A DNA stretch of 52,805 bases from Kiritimatiellia bacterium (GCA_007136425.1 SLGY01000001.1:1-52805), one strand, 5' to 3'; shown: positions 17,170 to 26,823, numbered from the stretch's first letter. Numbers and translations: made by a program. Notes: generated from the sequence alone by a model not told the origin.

Positions 17170-17412
17170 AGAATGAGTGAAGTATCGACCTGAATCGTTA
17201 TACAAGATAACAATGACTCGGGACACTAGAGCCGGTTAAGAAAAGGTGTGGCCATGATGGGTCCAGCCGTTTTCCGGTACGCTGAAGGCGTGCAATTCGT
17301 CAGGGGGGGGGTATCAACACCCCAGGCAAGAGCTTAGAAACGAGTTTTGGAGTGCGGCGCGCAAGAGCATTTAGAAGCCCCGAACCCGATCCTTTTGATA
17401 CAGCCTCGCCGG

Positions 17413-17919
17413 TCATTGCTTGTCGCTTGGCTTCACGGAAAAACGGATCATGCTGCCGCCCGCGGGCGTTTCGCCAAGGAGATTGACGTCGTCCCAATAA
17501 TCCTGCTGAAAGACGATCTTTCCCTCTTTATTGAACCGAACGTGGCTCAGGCCGGCGCTGATGTCCGGCGGATGATTTTCATACCGTTCCATGCGCAAGC
17601 TCATGGTCCACCGGAAATAGTAATTCCCCGCGCTCTCCGCCACATCCTGGATGTCGAACACGCACTCGTCCACGGCGCCGGCGCTACGCACAAAGTAATC
17701 CTCGATTTCCTGAGCAGCATGAAATTCCGTAAACGTATCGCGAAAAAACGCGTCTTCCGCGTATAGTTCGCTAACGCGCGCCTTCAGCCGGTCAGCGGAA
17801 AAATGCCCGAATAGTTCCTTGAACGCCGCAACAGCCCGCGCCTCCGTTTCCGACCCTTTTTCCACCAACTCGGTATTGGAACCGTCCGTAGCCTCCAAGG
17901 CTTCTAGATACGCACTCAT
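17413..17919 (-). CDS. SnoaL/NTF2-like protein
   Basis: LYAEDAFFRDTF...YYFRWTM...GLSHVRFNKEGKIVFQQDYWD; paralog of 30335-30946. Confidence 0.88.
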   Translation of the reverse strand: MSAYLEALEATDGSNTELVEKGSETEARAVAAFKELFGHFSADRLKARVSELYAEDAFFRDTFTEFHAAQEIEDYFVRSAGAVDECVFDIQDVAESAGNYYFRWTMSLRMERYENHPPDISAGLSHVRFNKEGKIVFQQDYWDDVNLLGETPAGGSMIRFSVKPSDKQ

Positions 17920-17983
17920 CCCATCTCCTTCTTCCGGCGGGCCGCAGCCGATGGCCGCCCGGAATATGGTTCAAACGCATCCG

Positions 17984-18568
17984 CTACCACGAAGCATTGA
18001 GCAACGGGACGAACCGGAAATGCTCGCGGCTGGACACCACGTTGATCAGGCCGACCTGAAAGCCTTCCAGATCCTTCGTCAGGTTGACCACGCCCAATTG
18101 AACGCCGGACGCGCCGTCGGCCCGATTGATCAAACCCAGCTGAAAACCGCTCAGGACGTCCACGCAATTGAACAGGCCGACTTGCATGCCGAGCAACGCG
18201 GTTCTCGTGTAATTCGCCAAGCCGATCTGGCCGCCATAATAATCGTTACGGGCCCAATTCAACGGGGCCGCGTGTACCCCGTAGCTTTCGCCGCCCGTAT
18301 AATTGATCAGGCCCAAACCGAAACCCGAAAAGTCCCGGGTGGTCACATTGAATACGCCCGCATCAAAACCCACCACATCCATGTTCCGCCCGTATAGCAG
18401 GTTGAGACGCACGCCCCGCACCGATTCATGCGCATCAACAATCTGTACCGGCGTGATCAACGAAATCGATACGCGGTTGTCTTCATCCCGCAAGATGTCT
18501 TGCGCGCATACGGGAACGGCAATCAAAGCAGTGAGAACGGCAACGAGTAGCATGTTTGACCTATTCAT
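17984..18568 (-). CDS. Secreted glycine-rich repeat protein (LA_2272-like)
   Basis: Signal peptide, GVRLNLLYGRN, tandem GxQxGLxN repeats, C-terminal PLLNASW; AAGGAG RBS. Confidence 0.8.
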   Translation of the reverse strand: MNRSNMLLVAVLTALIAVPVCAQDILRDEDNRVSISLITPVQIVDAHESVRGVRLNLLYGRNMDVVGFDAGVFNVTTRDFSGFGLGLINYTGGESYGVHAAPLNWARNDYYGGQIGLANYTRTALLGMQVGLFNCVDVLSGFQLGLINRADGASGVQLGVVNLTKDLEGFQVGLINVVSSREHFRFVPLLNASW

Positions 18569-18641
18569 GAGCAAGTCTCCCTTCAATTTGGCCGATCCAT
18601 TTCGTTTGATATTGTCATCCACAGAATGTGCGATCAATATC

Positions 18642-18679
18642 AAAAAAGAGCCGTATGGGCGAAGAGCCGCCCATACGGC
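18642..18679 (-). terminator. Rho-independent terminator
   Basis: Minus strand GCCGTATGGGCG-gctctt-CGCCCATACGGC followed by TCTTTTTT, downstream of the 18713 gene. Confidence 0.8.
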
Positions 18680-18712
18680 GCCAGGACAACGCGCATCGCA
18701 CCCGCCCAACCA

Positions 18713-19417
18713 TCAGAAGACAAAAGAAGCCGCAACCGACACGCTGAAATCGTCAAAGTAACGTGTCTCGAAACGGATGCCGTTCATGCCTTGGAACTCG
18801 AACCCCAAACCGACGGCAACGCCCAGCACGCGATCTTCGTCCGCTCGAAAACTACCGCCGTCCGGGCCCCGCACATCGCCGGACAGCCGAATGATCGAAG
18901 CGACGGGGCCGGCGTAGGGCACAATGCGGAATTGATCCGCAACGCGCAGACGATAGTTGACCAGGAACCCCGCGTCGGCCTCAACCAAATCATATTTCAC
19001 ACGCTCGCGGCCGTCCCGCAAATCCAGCCGATCCGTCAAATCGCGCGCGTAACGGACTTGTCCGAACGCTCCGCCTCGCCACGCGTCATGGTCAAACGCC
19101 AGAAACCGCAGCCCCACACCGCCCACGGGCTTATGACTTCCGCTGCCCGCACTCATCGCGCCCAGATCGAAATCCAACCGCGCCAAGTGTCCGAGGTCCG
19201 TATGTAGACGCACGGAAAAGACGTCCGCGTCCAAATCGCCCTTCACACGAGTCGGCGACGTCACCTGCAGATCGCGCTGCACATTTTCGTACAATAATTC
19301 CGCACGAACCTTATGGGGATAATCGGCCTGAAACACCAGATCCCCAGCATCATTGGCCCGGACGGACATACCCGCAAATATCATCCCGGCCATACATATG
19401 GCTGCAATTCTTTTCAT
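18713..19417 (-). CDS. Outer-membrane beta-barrel protein
   Basis: Signal peptide, alternating amphipathic strands, C-terminal SVSVAASFVF. Confidence 0.75.
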   Translation of the reverse strand: MKRIAAICMAGMIFAGMSVRANDAGDLVFQADYPHKVRAELLYENVQRDLQVTSPTRVKGDLDADVFSVRLHTDLGHLARLDFDLGAMSAGSGSHKPVGGVGLRFLAFDHDAWRGGAFGQVRYARDLTDRLDLRDGRERVKYDLVEADAGFLVNYRLRVADQFRIVPYAGPVASIIRLSGDVRGPDGGSFRADEDRVLGVAVGLGFEFQGMNGIRFETRYFDDFSVSVAASFVF

Positions 19418-19524
19418 GTCCCGTTCCTTTCCTTGGAAATACCCCGTTCTTCTTTAGTGTCTGCTGTTTTGGACGCCGCACGGCTCCTGATTATTCAAAA
19501 AAAGGAATGTGCGTGCGCAAAGGG

Positions 19525-20034
19525 TCATCGGGCGCCCCCTGCTTGTTCGCGCAAATAGCGGGGCTGATGGAACCAGTCCAAACGACCGCGCCCGGCGCCC
19601 GGTCGGCCCTCGAAATCAACGCAGGCGACAGCCGCCTTCTTGAAGTGCAACTGGGTCCGATCCGCCTGGTGCAAACAGGAATAGGTCATCCACGCCAGAT
19701 CCGGCATATGCCCGACAACCATGGCCGCCTTCGCGTCGTGTGATTTCAGCCATATGAACAAGTCCGCCACATCGCCGCCCGGCGCCATGAAATCGACGAC
19801 CTCGAAAGGCGTCGCAGCGTTCAGTTCCTCGCGAAAAATTTGCGCCGTCTGCTCGGCGCGTACCAACGGACTTGTCCCGATCAGGTCCGGCACATGACCC
19901 AACGCTTTCAGCCCGCGCGCGGCTGCGCGCGTCTTCTCCACACCGACATCGGACAGAGATCGGTCAAAATCGCGGCATATGCCCTTTTGTCCCACGTCCC
20001 ACGCAATGCCATGTCGAACCAGATACAGCTTCAT
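19525..20034 (-). CDS. sixA: Phosphohistidine phosphatase SixA
   Basis: MKLYLVRHGIA, TSPLVRAEQTA, VVGHMPDL. Confidence 0.9.
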   Translation of the reverse strand: MKLYLVRHGIAWDVGQKGICRDFDRSLSDVGVEKTRAAARGLKALGHVPDLIGTSPLVRAEQTAQIFREELNAATPFEVVDFMAPGGDVADLFIWLKSHDAKAAMVVGHMPDLAWMTYSCLHQADRTQLHFKKAAVACVDFEGRPGAGRGRLDWFHQPRYLREQAGGAR

Positions 20035-21527
20035 TACGCCCCATGCTCCTTCAATGCGCGTTTCAGTTTACGGAATTGTTCTTTGTCTTTCAGTTCCGCC
20101 CACGCTGCGTCGACGTCGTTCAGCGCTTTATTCCGTTGCGCCTTCAAAGACGTCACCAACTCGCGAGGCGGCGCCACCGCTTCATACGCCATCCGCTCCA
20201 ATTCCACATCCGCATCATGCAAGTCGCCCAACGCGTCAGCCATCCGCTTCAGTGTTTTGCCCCAACGACGGACAGGCGCGCCGAGCACCGCGCCGAAGTG
20301 TTCCGCCATATACCGTCCGCGCCGGCACTCTTTCCGGAACGCATGAAAATCCTCCACCTCCCAAGCGCCACCCGGGATCGGCGACTCTGCAATACGCTTG
20401 GACAAGCGCCACAAACGCCGGGCCACATACGGCTCCACCGGTTTATGAGGCCCCGTCTTGACCCGTTCCGGCACTTGCGCACGGAGCAGATACGCGATTT
20501 CCCGCGTCACATTGCCATAGCGCGCTCCGTCCAGGACCTGTCGCACCTGCGCCCCGTACGTGTCTACAAGCGACTCCTGATATGTCAGATACCGGCGCCA
20601 GACCCGGCTGCGGGACATATCGCGCTCCGCCGCCATCGCGCGCACGCGCGCGAGCCACACATCAAAATCCCGCGCCGGACCGAGCGCGTCCCCTATCGCT
20701 CCCAACCGACGCTCGATGTCAGCCGCCCACGTATCGCGCAACGGTTTACGGTATAGCTTGAGCAACGACCGCAATCGGCGCAACGCCACGCGCAAATCAT
20801 GCAAGTGCTCGGGATCCGCGCCCGCCTTGGCGCCCCCTTCGTTATAACGCACGACCTTGAATTGTCGGTACGCGAGCCGTCGAAACGCTTCCAAACGATG
20901 CAGCCCGCCGCGCAGCAACCGGACGTCCCCCTGTGCGGCGGTATCCTGTTCGAAACGGACGCCGAGCGGGAACACCTCGCGCCACAACGAAGCTTTGTCG
21001 TCCGCGCGAACCAGATTCTCCGGCGATAACGGCGAGCGCACGGTGATCCATATCGTTTCTCCGGCCTTGCGCATCCCCGTTATGGTCGCATCCTGTATGT
21101 GGCTCTGGTCCAGCCCGTCGGCGATACGCAACAACGCGCCGATTCGCAAGCCGCGTTTCGGTTGGGGCAACGCATCGAGCAACGCCGACTGATACGCCGT
21201 TCGCCCCGTGTTCTGGTGCAGCGCCATGGCGGCCAGGATATAGCGTAGCCGCTGTTCCGAGAAGCCTGCCAATCCTTCACTCCGCACGATATCCACACTC
21301 TTACGCATGTGATCGCGCGGGTCCATCGCATACCCCACATCATGCAGCCGCGCCGCCGCCTCCAGCAAAGGACGATCATAGCGGGTCAAACCGGTCCATC
21401 GTCGCACGCCGTCGAAAAGATGCAGAGCGAGGCGGGCGACATGCTCGGTGTGCGCGTCTTCGTTCAGATACACCGCGCACAGTTCGTCCACCGTATAACG
21501 GATTCGCCCTTTCGTGCGCGCCGCCAT
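20034..21527 (-). CDS. Fusion of a Ppx-type HD domain and a CHAD domain
   Basis: N-terminal HVARLALHLFD...AARLHDVG...LLRIADGLD; C-terminal LHDLRVALRRLRS, LGPARDFDV, FHAFRKECRRGRY, LGDLHD. Confidence 0.88.
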   Translation of the reverse strand: MAARTKGRIRYTVDELCAVYLNEDAHTEHVARLALHLFDGVRRWTGLTRYDRPLLEAAARLHDVGYAMDPRDHMRKSVDIVRSEGLAGFSEQRLRYILAAMALHQNTGRTAYQSALLDALPQPKRGLRIGALLRIADGLDQSHIQDATITGMRKAGETIWITVRSPLSPENLVRADDKASLWREVFPLGVRFEQDTAAQGDVRLLRGGLHRLEAFRRLAYRQFKVVRYNEGGAKAGADPEHLHDLRVALRRLRSLLKLYRKPLRDTWAADIERRLGAIGDALGPARDFDVWLARVRAMAAERDMSRSRVWRRYLTYQESLVDTYGAQVRQVLDGARYGNVTREIAYLLRAQVPERVKTGPHKPVEPYVARRLWRLSKRIAESPIPGGAWEVEDFHAFRKECRRGRYMAEHFGAVLGAPVRRWGKTLKRMADALGDLHDADVELERMAYEAVAPPRELVTSLKAQRNKALNDVDAAWAELKDKEQFRKLKRALKEHGA

Positions 21528-21528
21528 G

Positions 21529-23688
21529 TCACTCCAACGCGCCATCCCGCGACGGCAGGTGCGGCTTGAATACATGGCGCCGACCCGCCTTCATCTCTTC
21601 CACCGCTCGACACGCCTCAAGATAGAACGCGTCCTGGCTGCGCACCGCCTTGGCGCGGCTCGCAGGGTGACGACGATGATACGCGCAGTCCTTACGTAAT
21701 TCGCGGCCCTTGACGTTATCTTTCAGGCAGGTCTTGAGGATATGATTCAAGCGCGCCTGAGCGGCGGGATCTTCCACAACGACGAGCAGTTCGATACGCC
21801 GATCCAGGTTCCGCGGCATCCAGTCGGCGCTTGATATGAAGTAAAGCGGATCGCCGCCATGCCGGAAATACACGATACGGCTGTGTTCCAGAAACCGGTC
21901 GACGATGCTCACCACGGAAATGTTTTCGCTCAATCCCCGAACGCCCGGACGCAGACAACAGATCCCGCGCACGTTCAACTCGATTTTCACACCCGCCCGC
22001 GACGCGCGGTACAGGGCCTTGATCAGATCCGGATCCACCAACGAATTGAATTTGGCCATGATATGGCCTTTCTGTCCTTCGCCGCACCGGGCGATCTCGC
22101 CCTCGATACATTCCAGCAACCGCGCGCGCAACCCAGTGGGCGCCATTTCCAATTTGCGGAAATCCGTTGTCCGGCCGTAGCCCGTAATGGTGTTGAAGAA
22201 AGTGGCGGCGTCCGCTCCGTAATCCTCGCCGCTGGTCATGTAGCTCACATCGGTGTAGAGCCGTGCCGTATTCTCGTTGTAGTTGCCCGTGCCGAAATGG
22301 ATATAGCGCCGGATGCCCGACGCTTCGCGTCGAATGATGATGCACACCTTTGCGTGCGTTTTCAGACCACGAATACCGTAGATCACCTGCACCCCTGCGG
22401 ACTCCAACGCGCGCGCCCATTCGATGTTGCGCGCTTCGTCAAAACGCGCTTTCAGTTCCACAATCACGGTCACCTGCTTGCCCTTTTCCGCCGCCCGCGC
22501 CAGCGCGGCAACCAGCGGACTGCGCGCGCTGGTCCGGTATAGGATTTGCTTGATCGCCAGCACCCCGGGATCATCCGCCGCCTCATCGATCAAACGCACC
22601 ACGGGATCAAAACTGTCATAGGGATGATGGAGCAACACATCGCGCTGCGCGAGAATATCGAACATCGACGTCGGCGGGGCGAGGTCGGGCGCCAACTGCG
22701 GCGGGCGCGCCTCGTCTTTGTACTCGTCGAAGCCGGTCATGGTCGCCAAGCCCATGTACGCGGACAAATCGAGCGGCCCCGGGATGCGGAACAGAAACGC
22801 GTCGTTTACTTCCAATACCTTCTTCAAACAATCAACCAAGCCGGACGATGCGCCCTTTGCAATTTCAAGACGCACGCACGCGCTCGTGCGCCGTTCTTCC
22901 AAAATGTCTTCCATGCCGGACAAGAGATCCGGCGCCTCGTCCTCGCGCACCTGCATGTCCGCGTTGCGCGTGACGCGAAACGTCGCCACTTCATCGATCG
23001 TTTCGCCCGGAAACAGGCGATCCATAAACGATTCCAGGACATCCTCGAGCAGCACATATTCATGGCCGTCCCTGCACGGGACCGTCAAGAAGCGGGCCAG
23101 GTTCCCGGGCACCGTCACGATCGCCATGCGCGGCGCCGACGACGTACCCCCCCCTTCGCTCGGCGGCAAGACCACGGCCAAGTGAAGCGCCAACGCCTGC
23201 AGCACGGGAAATGGTTTATCCGGATCCACGGCCACCGGCGTTACCACGGGATAGATCAATTCTTCGAAAATGCGCTCCACATACTTGAGCTGCTCCGCGT
23301 CCAACCGGCTCATCGAAACCTGGCGAATACGCGCCTGATACAGGGCCAAGGCCAGTTCCTCATTGAAACATGCATACTGATCCAAGACCATTTTGCGGGC
23401 GTACCGGCTGATCCGGTCCAGTTGCCGGGTCGGCGTCAAGCCCGCCGGATCGCGTGGCGCGCGCCCCTGCGCCTTGATCCATTGCAGGCCGCCTACGCGC
23501 ACCATGAAGAACTCATCGAGATTCGAGCTGGTGATCGCGAGAAACTTCAACCGCTCCAATAACGGGACCGACGCGTCGCGCGCCTCTTCCAGCACGCGTT
23601 GATTAAAATCAAGCCAACTCAACTCGCGGTTGATGAAGGAAACCGTCTTGGAGGCGCGTTTGGGCGCGGCTTTCCTCTTAGCGGCCAT
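21529..23688 (-). CDS. ppk1: Polyphosphate kinase 1
   Basis: FINRELSWLDFNQRVL, NLDEFFMVRV, HHPYDSF, ELKARFDE, KTHAK, GTGNYN, DRFLEHSR, SSADWMPRNLDRRIE. Confidence 0.98.
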   Translation of the reverse strand: MAAKRKAAPKRASKTVSFINRELSWLDFNQRVLEEARDASVPLLERLKFLAITSSNLDEFFMVRVGGLQWIKAQGRAPRDPAGLTPTRQLDRISRYARKMVLDQYACFNEELALALYQARIRQVSMSRLDAEQLKYVERIFEELIYPVVTPVAVDPDKPFPVLQALALHLAVVLPPSEGGGTSSAPRMAIVTVPGNLARFLTVPCRDGHEYVLLEDVLESFMDRLFPGETIDEVATFRVTRNADMQVREDEAPDLLSGMEDILEERRTSACVRLEIAKGASSGLVDCLKKVLEVNDAFLFRIPGPLDLSAYMGLATMTGFDEYKDEARPPQLAPDLAPPTSMFDILAQRDVLLHHPYDSFDPVVRLIDEAADDPGVLAIKQILYRTSARSPLVAALARAAEKGKQVTVIVELKARFDEARNIEWARALESAGVQVIYGIRGLKTHAKVCIIIRREASGIRRYIHFGTGNYNENTARLYTDVSYMTSGEDYGADAATFFNTITGYGRTTDFRKLEMAPTGLRARLLECIEGEIARCGEGQKGHIMAKFNSLVDPDLIKALYRASRAGVKIELNVRGICCLRPGVRGLSENISVVSIVDRFLEHSRIVYFRHGGDPLYFISSADWMPRNLDRRIELLVVVEDPAAQARLNHILKTCLKDNVKGRELRKDCAYHRRHPASRAKAVRSQDAFYLEACRAVEEMKAGRRHVFKPHLPSRDGALE

Positions 23689-25306
23689 GGCCTGCGCCCT
23701 TTCGTGCAGTATCCCTGCGCAACTCCACGCTCATTCCATAAATATCCGCGAACAGTTCGCCTTTCTGCCGAACCGCCAGACGCTCAAGCGTTAGATCCTC
23801 CAAGCCGCCCACCAACACGATCAAACGTCCGCGTTCGCGGCGGAACGCGACATCGCGGACTTGCTGCATATGGTTCTGATCCAGCGCATCGGCCACGCGC
23901 AAGAGCGCGGCGAGCTTTGAGACATTCAGGCGTTCGTGCTGCGGCAACGCCGCATATTCCGGGTGCGTCATCTTGGGGGCGGCCCGTCGGTGATACCGCG
24001 CAATCAAGGCAACGAGCAACGTATCGCGTCGGCTCAAACCGAACAGATCGCTGTGCATGATCAGATAGAGTGAGTGTTTATGATGGCTTTGGTTCGCCAC
24101 ATACAAGCCGATCTCGTGCAACAGGGCGGCCACGCGCAACAACAGCTCATAACGGGGCGGCAACTCGTGTTCGGCCTGCAGCTCCTCAAAAAGCCGTGTC
24201 GACAGATCCGCCACATGCGTCGCATGTTTCTCTTCATAGCCGTACTTCCTGCCGAGCATGCGGGCGGAATACATCACCTGCTCCTTGAAATGCTCCGTCC
24301 ACATACCCCGCGAGGCCATCTCAAGCAGCAAACCATCGCGCAAGGTGGTACGCGAAACCAGCAGTTGTTCTACATTGAAGGATTCCGCCAGCCGGGCATA
24401 CGTCAACAGAGCCGGCCCCGCCGTCTCCGCCTCCTGAAAGGTCAACCGGTATTGGCTCACCAATTCATCCACCGAACGGGATACCAACTTCTTTGCAAAA
24501 CGCGAAAACCGGGTCACCGGGATCGGGATCAAGCGTTCCTGTTCATTCGCGTTCGCGACCGCATCCGCCGCGAACCGCGCATCGCCGCCGATAGCAATCA
24601 TGCGTTGCACGGGCTCGGCTGGTATCGTGCGTTGAATTTGATCGATGGTGCGTTGAATGTGACGGGTCAACATCGATCCGATTCGGTTGGCCGGCACGGT
24701 ATTCGTTTCCAGCGTCTCGCGCATGCGCAGCGAGCCCAGCCGATAGGTGCGGGACAAAGTGACGTGTCCGCCCTGAACCAGCAACACCTCCATGCTCCCG
24801 CTGCCCGCCTCGACTACAAGCGTATCCCGGTCGTCCATACCGCCCAGTTTATCCAAGCTATCGCGCACGGCGATATACGCCAGGCGATTAACTTCGGCCT
24901 CTTCAATCAGCTCCACATTGATATGCGCGGCGATCAGAATCCGATTCTGAAACGTATCGCGGTTGGCCGCTTCCCGGACGGAACTTGTCGCCACCGCCCG
25001 GATATGCTCGTCCTGGTCAATGCCGTAATCCCGCAATACGCGCCGATACCCTTTCAGGATCGATACACACTCCTCGATCGTTTCCGGCTCGATACGGCCG
25101 GAGGCAAAGGTGTCCTTCCCCAGGTTGACGGGGTGTTGAAGCGCTTCCAAGCTGCGGACGTTCCCCTGCGTATCGATCTCCGCAATTTCCATCCGGATCG
25201 CGGACGATCCGACATCAATCACCGCCACCGGCCGGCGCCGGGGCGTGGGCGTCATGGCTGTTTCAGCGGCTGACAAGACCTGCTCCATACGCTGATTTCC
25301 GTCCAT
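23678..25306 (-). CDS. ppx: Ppx/GppA family exopolyphosphatase
   Basis: AVIDVGSSAIRM, AVATSSVREAAN, GSGSME, LRDGLL, C-terminal HD-like domain (LLHEIG, HHKHS, LRVADALD). Confidence 0.93.
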   Translation of the reverse strand: MDGNQRMEQVLSAAETAMTPTPRRRPVAVIDVGSSAIRMEIAEIDTQGNVRSLEALQHPVNLGKDTFASGRIEPETIEECVSILKGYRRVLRDYGIDQDEHIRAVATSSVREAANRDTFQNRILIAAHINVELIEEAEVNRLAYIAVRDSLDKLGGMDDRDTLVVEAGSGSMEVLLVQGGHVTLSRTYRLGSLRMRETLETNTVPANRIGSMLTRHIQRTIDQIQRTIPAEPVQRMIAIGGDARFAADAVANANEQERLIPIPVTRFSRFAKKLVSRSVDELVSQYRLTFQEAETAGPALLTYARLAESFNVEQLLVSRTTLRDGLLLEMASRGMWTEHFKEQVMYSARMLGRKYGYEEKHATHVADLSTRLFEELQAEHELPPRYELLLRVAALLHEIGLYVANQSHHKHSLYLIMHSDLFGLSRRDTLLVALIARYHRRAAPKMTHPEYAALPQHERLNVSKLAALLRVADALDQNHMQQVRDVAFRRERGRLIVLVGGLEDLTLERLAVRQKGELFADIYGMSVELRRDTARKGAGHGR

Positions 25307-25333
25307 CTCTGTTTCCGTATCGTGAGCACATGG

Positions 25334-26317
25334 TTACGATTTCCCGATCGTGTGCTCCGACGCCAACGCCGCCGCGCCCAGGGCGCCGGCGTCATCGCCC
25401 AGTTTCGCGGCCGCCACGTTCAGTTCTCGCACATACGCACTCATGGCTTTGTCCCGGATTACGCGACGCACTTCCTTGACATAAAGGTCCGGCAACGCCT
25501 CGACCAAGCCGCCGCCCAACACGAGCACATCGGGCGCAAGCAGGTTGATCACCCCGGCCACGGTCGTACCCAGCACGCGCGCCGCGTGCCGGACAATGTC
25601 TTCGATCACCGTGTCGCCTTCGCGGATGGCTTGGGCCAGCACGCCGCTCTTGATCCGTTCCAGCTTCGTGCCCGCGAGTTCGCGCAGGGCCGGCGCCTGC
25701 CCGCGATACACCGCCTGAGCGGCCTGCGCCGAAATCGCCAAACGACTTGTCATGGATTCCAGCGTCCCCCATTTACCGGGGGCGGCCACCGGCCCGAGCG
25801 GGTCGATTGGGAAATGCCCGATTTCCATGCAGGAACCTTTGCGACCGCGCAGGATATTGCCCTCATAGATGCATGCACCGCCTATCCCCGTCCCCGGGAA
25901 TACGCCCAACACGCAACGCGCCCCTTGGGCCGCGCCGAACCGGTATTCGCCGTACGTGCCCGCGTCCACATCATTGGCAATCACCACCGGACAACCAAAC
26001 GTCTTCTCAAGGATCTTCTTGATCGGCACATTATTCCATCCCAGATTCGGCGTATGGAGAATCACGCCCGCGTCCAGATCCAGCGGCCCGGGACATCCCC
26101 CGCCGATACCACCCAACTGTTCGCGTGCTACACCCGCCTTTTCCAGGGCGCCGACAATCGCCTTCGTCAGCCGCTTCATTCCGGTTTCGGCCCCTTCGTT
26201 CCCTTTTGTTTTCATCCGTTCCGAAGCGATTATCCGGAATTTGGCGTCCAGGACCACCGCCAGCATCTTCGTGCCGCCAAGGTCAAATCCAACCCAATAT
26301 GGCTTATTACTGCTCAT
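25334..26317 (-). CDS. ROK family sugar kinase
   Basis: GFDLGGTK, GCPGPLD, NDVDAG, GTGIGG, EIGH, VLGGGL, LGDDAGALGAA. Confidence 0.9.
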   Translation of the reverse strand: MSSNKPYWVGFDLGGTKMLAVVLDAKFRIIASERMKTKGNEGAETGMKRLTKAIVGALEKAGVAREQLGGIGGGCPGPLDLDAGVILHTPNLGWNNVPIKKILEKTFGCPVVIANDVDAGTYGEYRFGAAQGARCVLGVFPGTGIGGACIYEGNILRGRKGSCMEIGHFPIDPLGPVAAPGKWGTLESMTSRLAISAQAAQAVYRGQAPALRELAGTKLERIKSGVLAQAIREGDTVIEDIVRHAARVLGTTVAGVINLLAPDVLVLGGGLVEALPDLYVKEVRRVIRDKAMSAYVRELNVAAAKLGDDAGALGAAALASEHTIGKS

Positions 26318-26414
26318 AACTTTCCCCTTATACGGGTGCAGGATACGTCAGCTTTCACAGCGAAGAAAGCGAAAACAGGCCACTTACGGTGCCGGACACG
26401 CGACCGGATGGGGC

Positions 26415-26670
26415 ATTATACCAATCTCTCATCCTTTTCCCGATGTAGGCTCTTCAGACGCGACGGAGCACGTCCGAATAGAGTGTACTGAAGGGAATAA
26501 CAAGACACGCTTCCGCCCTTATTTCCGCTCAGAATCCCCCCAAACAGCCCCACCGATCTGTCATTAAAATTGACGTTCGTCAAATTATATGACAGATCCG
26601 AATGCCTGAGCCAAAGCAGTAAGCACTACTTCGGACACAACTTCGGCACAACTTCTGTGTCCCTATTCTT
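26415..26670 (+). repeat. Copy A of a diverged ~240-bp non-coding direct repeat (contains the 44-bp palindrome at 26555-26598)
   Basis: ATTATACCAATCTCTCAT...GTACTGAAG...CGCTTCCGCCCTTATTTCCGCTCAGAATCCCCCCAAA...GATCTGTCA..TGACAGATCCGA...ACTTCTGTGTCCCT shared with copy B. Confidence 0.88.
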
Positions 26671-26683
26671 TCAGTTGCCATTT

Positions 26684-26809
26684 CTTCCCGGTACATTCTC
26701 AGGGCAACACGGAGGTTGCCCCTCCAGTAAATGTGTCACAACACAATGCGTTGCAGCATCACTTTGGAGGGACGCGCTCCGTCGCGTCCGAAGAGAATGT
26801 ACCGAGAAG
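26684..26809. repeat. Nested inverted-repeat / GGAG-type REP-like unit between the two direct repeats
   Basis: CTTCCCGGTACATTCTC pairs imperfectly with GAGAATGTACCGAGAAG. Inside lie GGGCAAC..GTTGCCC-CTCCA and TGGAG-GGACGCG-ctccgt-CGCGTCC hairpins. Confidence 0.6.
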
Positions 26810-26823
26810 TAATAGAGTTTAGT

